Below are positions 48,432 through 49,683 of a DNA stretch of 49,683 nt, one piece after another. The stretch is taken from NCBI GenBank assembly GCA_029547385.1, contig JAKPPK010000074.1, positions 1-49,683 of the forward strand, in the 5' to 3' direction. Below the pieces are notes generated by a model. The model searched no databases. It saw only the letters and a list, made by a program, of their open reading frames with translations, and was not told the origin of the DNA. Position numbers and translations under genes: made by a program. Each line of letters begins with the position of its first letter. Position 1 is the first letter of the stretch. This DNA comes from Candidatus Latescibacterota bacterium (GTDB taxonomy: Bacteria > Latescibacterota > MWCZ01).

Positions 48432-49136
48432 ATGAGGGGCCGAATTGCATTCGTGTTTGCCGCGCTGCTGGCGCTCTGTATCCCGGCGCGATCCGCCGTC
48501 ACGGTCAAGGTGGACATGGATTCTATCACCGTGGGCCGTGATTCGAACATCGTGAAGATGATCAAAATCCTGAGGGGAGACAGCGCCCGGGTCGATGTCC
48601 AGAACCCGCTGGCCGCGGTGCCGCCGGAAGCCTGGGCCAAGCTGACGCCTGAGCAGGTACAGGAGCTGATCGAAACCTCACTGGTTTTCCAGAAAGGGGC
48701 GCACGGAAATCGCCTGCCGGAACAGCGATCCAGCGAACGCGTCGAGATTATCGTCCCCGTGGCATTCTTCGCCGCGTGCGTCCTTGCCCTGTTCTTTCTC
48801 ATGCGGTGGCGGATACACCAGTCCAAACTGGTCCACGAGCAGCGGCTGGCCATGATCGCGCAGGGAATTGTTCCGCCTGATATGGCGACTCAGCCCAAAC
48901 CCGCCGCGCCTCGCGTTCAGAAGATGATCATCTGGGGATGGATCATGGCGCTCGGCGGCGTGGGGCTGTCCATCGCCAACGTGCTTGAGGACGGCTGGAG
49001 CGAGATCGGTTGGGGGTTGGTGATCATGCTTGTGGGCGTAGGTCTGCTCATGGCGGCGCGGTATATCGGCGGACAACCGGTGACCGGCCCGAAAGAGGGC
49101 GATGTTCCGCCATCGCAGGACAGCGGTACCACGTAA
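48432..49136 (+). CDS. Membrane protein, DUF6249-like C-terminal domain
   Basis: Signal peptide; IVPVAFF TM; HEQRLAMIAQG; two C-terminal TMs (GVGLS, GVGLL). Confidence 0.7.
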   Translation: MRGRIAFVFAALLALCIPARSAVTVKVDMDSITVGRDSNIVKMIKILRGDSARVDVQNPLAAVPPEAWAKLTPEQVQELIETSLVFQKGAHGNRLPEQRSSERVEIIVPVAFFAACVLALFFLMRWRIHQSKLVHEQRLAMIAQGIVPPDMATQPKPAAPRVQKMIIWGWIMALGGVGLSIANVLEDGWSEIGWGLVIMLVGVGLLMAARYIGGQPVTGPKEGDVPPSQDSGTT

Positions 49137-49159
49137 GGTAAAATCATGGAGCCAAGAAC

Positions 49160-49201
49160 AAGAGGAGCGCGGCTTGTAGCTGCGCTCCTCTTCCTGTTTC
49201 A
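49160..49201. terminator. Probable bidirectional terminator
   Basis: aagaggagcgcggct/agctgcgctcctctt hairpin between convergent genes. Confidence 0.7.
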
Positions 49202-49217
49202 TACAGCACGGTACGCG

Positions 49218-49683
49218 TTAGCTTTTCAGTAACGCTTCCACGACAAGGTCCCCGACCTGGCTGGTCGAGTACCCCATCTTACCCGCGGACATGCTCTTCA
49301 TCTTCGTTCCGACTACCTCGATGATCGCCTTTTCCAGGCACTCTGCGGCCTTCGTTTCTCCGACTGTGTCGAGCAGCATCTGAGCGGCACCAATCGCCGC
49401 GATTGGGTTTATCACCCCCTGACCCGTGTATTTCGGTGCCGAGCCACCGATCGGCTCGAACATACTCACGCCTTCCGGGTTGATGTTCCCACCCGCGGCG
49501 ACGCCCATCCCGCCCTGAATCATCGCGCCGAGGTCAGTGATTATGTCCCCGAACATGTTGTCGGTCACAATTACATCGAACCACTCGGGGTTCTTCACCA
49601 TCCACATCGTCGTGGCGTCTACGTGTGCGTATTCGCGTTTGATGTCCGGGTATTCCGCACCCACTTCGTGAAACGTGCGCTCC
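49218..49683 (-). CDS. leuB: 3-isopropylmalate dehydrogenase family protein, C-terminal part (5' truncated)
   Basis: [44 protein letters not shown]; substrate specificity within the isocitrate/isopropylmalate dehydrogenase family not certain. Confidence 0.85.
   Translation of the reverse strand, partial: ERTFHEVGAEYPDIKREYAHVDATTMWMVKNPEWFDVIVTDNMFGDIITDLGAMIQGGMGVAAGGNINPEGVSMFEPIGGSAPKYTGQGVINPIAAIGAAQMLLDTVGETKAAECLEKAIIEVVGTKMKSMSAGKMGYSTSQVGDLVVEALLKS

Overview
Chromosomal segment (by eye roughly 60% GC) from a diderm bacterium, probably an uncultured FCB-group lineage such as Latescibacterota; this is inferred from FlgD/T9SS-like C-terminal tails, DUF5683-like proteins and many Gfo/Idh/MocA genes. 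Housekeeping genes are partial ruvB, trxA, holA, glnA-glnB, an RluA-family pseudouridine synthase, a Fur-family regulator, PBP1A and a partial leuB-like dehydrogenase. There are three tRNAs (Thr-CGT, CAT/likely Ile2, Val-CAC), an envelope operon centred on a metallopeptidase-PD40-Omp85 fusion, two secreted proteins with T9SS-like tails and five clustered sugar oxidoreductases. The most notable element is a ~12 kb co-oriented cluster (25.7-38.0 kb): three large exported TPR proteins, a small GltF-like protein, one ExbB/TolQ, two ExbD/TolR and a TonB-like protein with an AgmX/PglI-type C-terminus. It resembles the core of the Myxococcus Agl-Glt gliding/trafficking machinery. Its unusual features are an apparently split GltD, a lectin-like domain, one ExbD lacking the conserved Asp, and twin TTGAC-N17-TAATTT promoters. 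No CRISPR array, transposase, integrase or rRNA was seen. All family calls come from motif recognition by eye; no searches were run.
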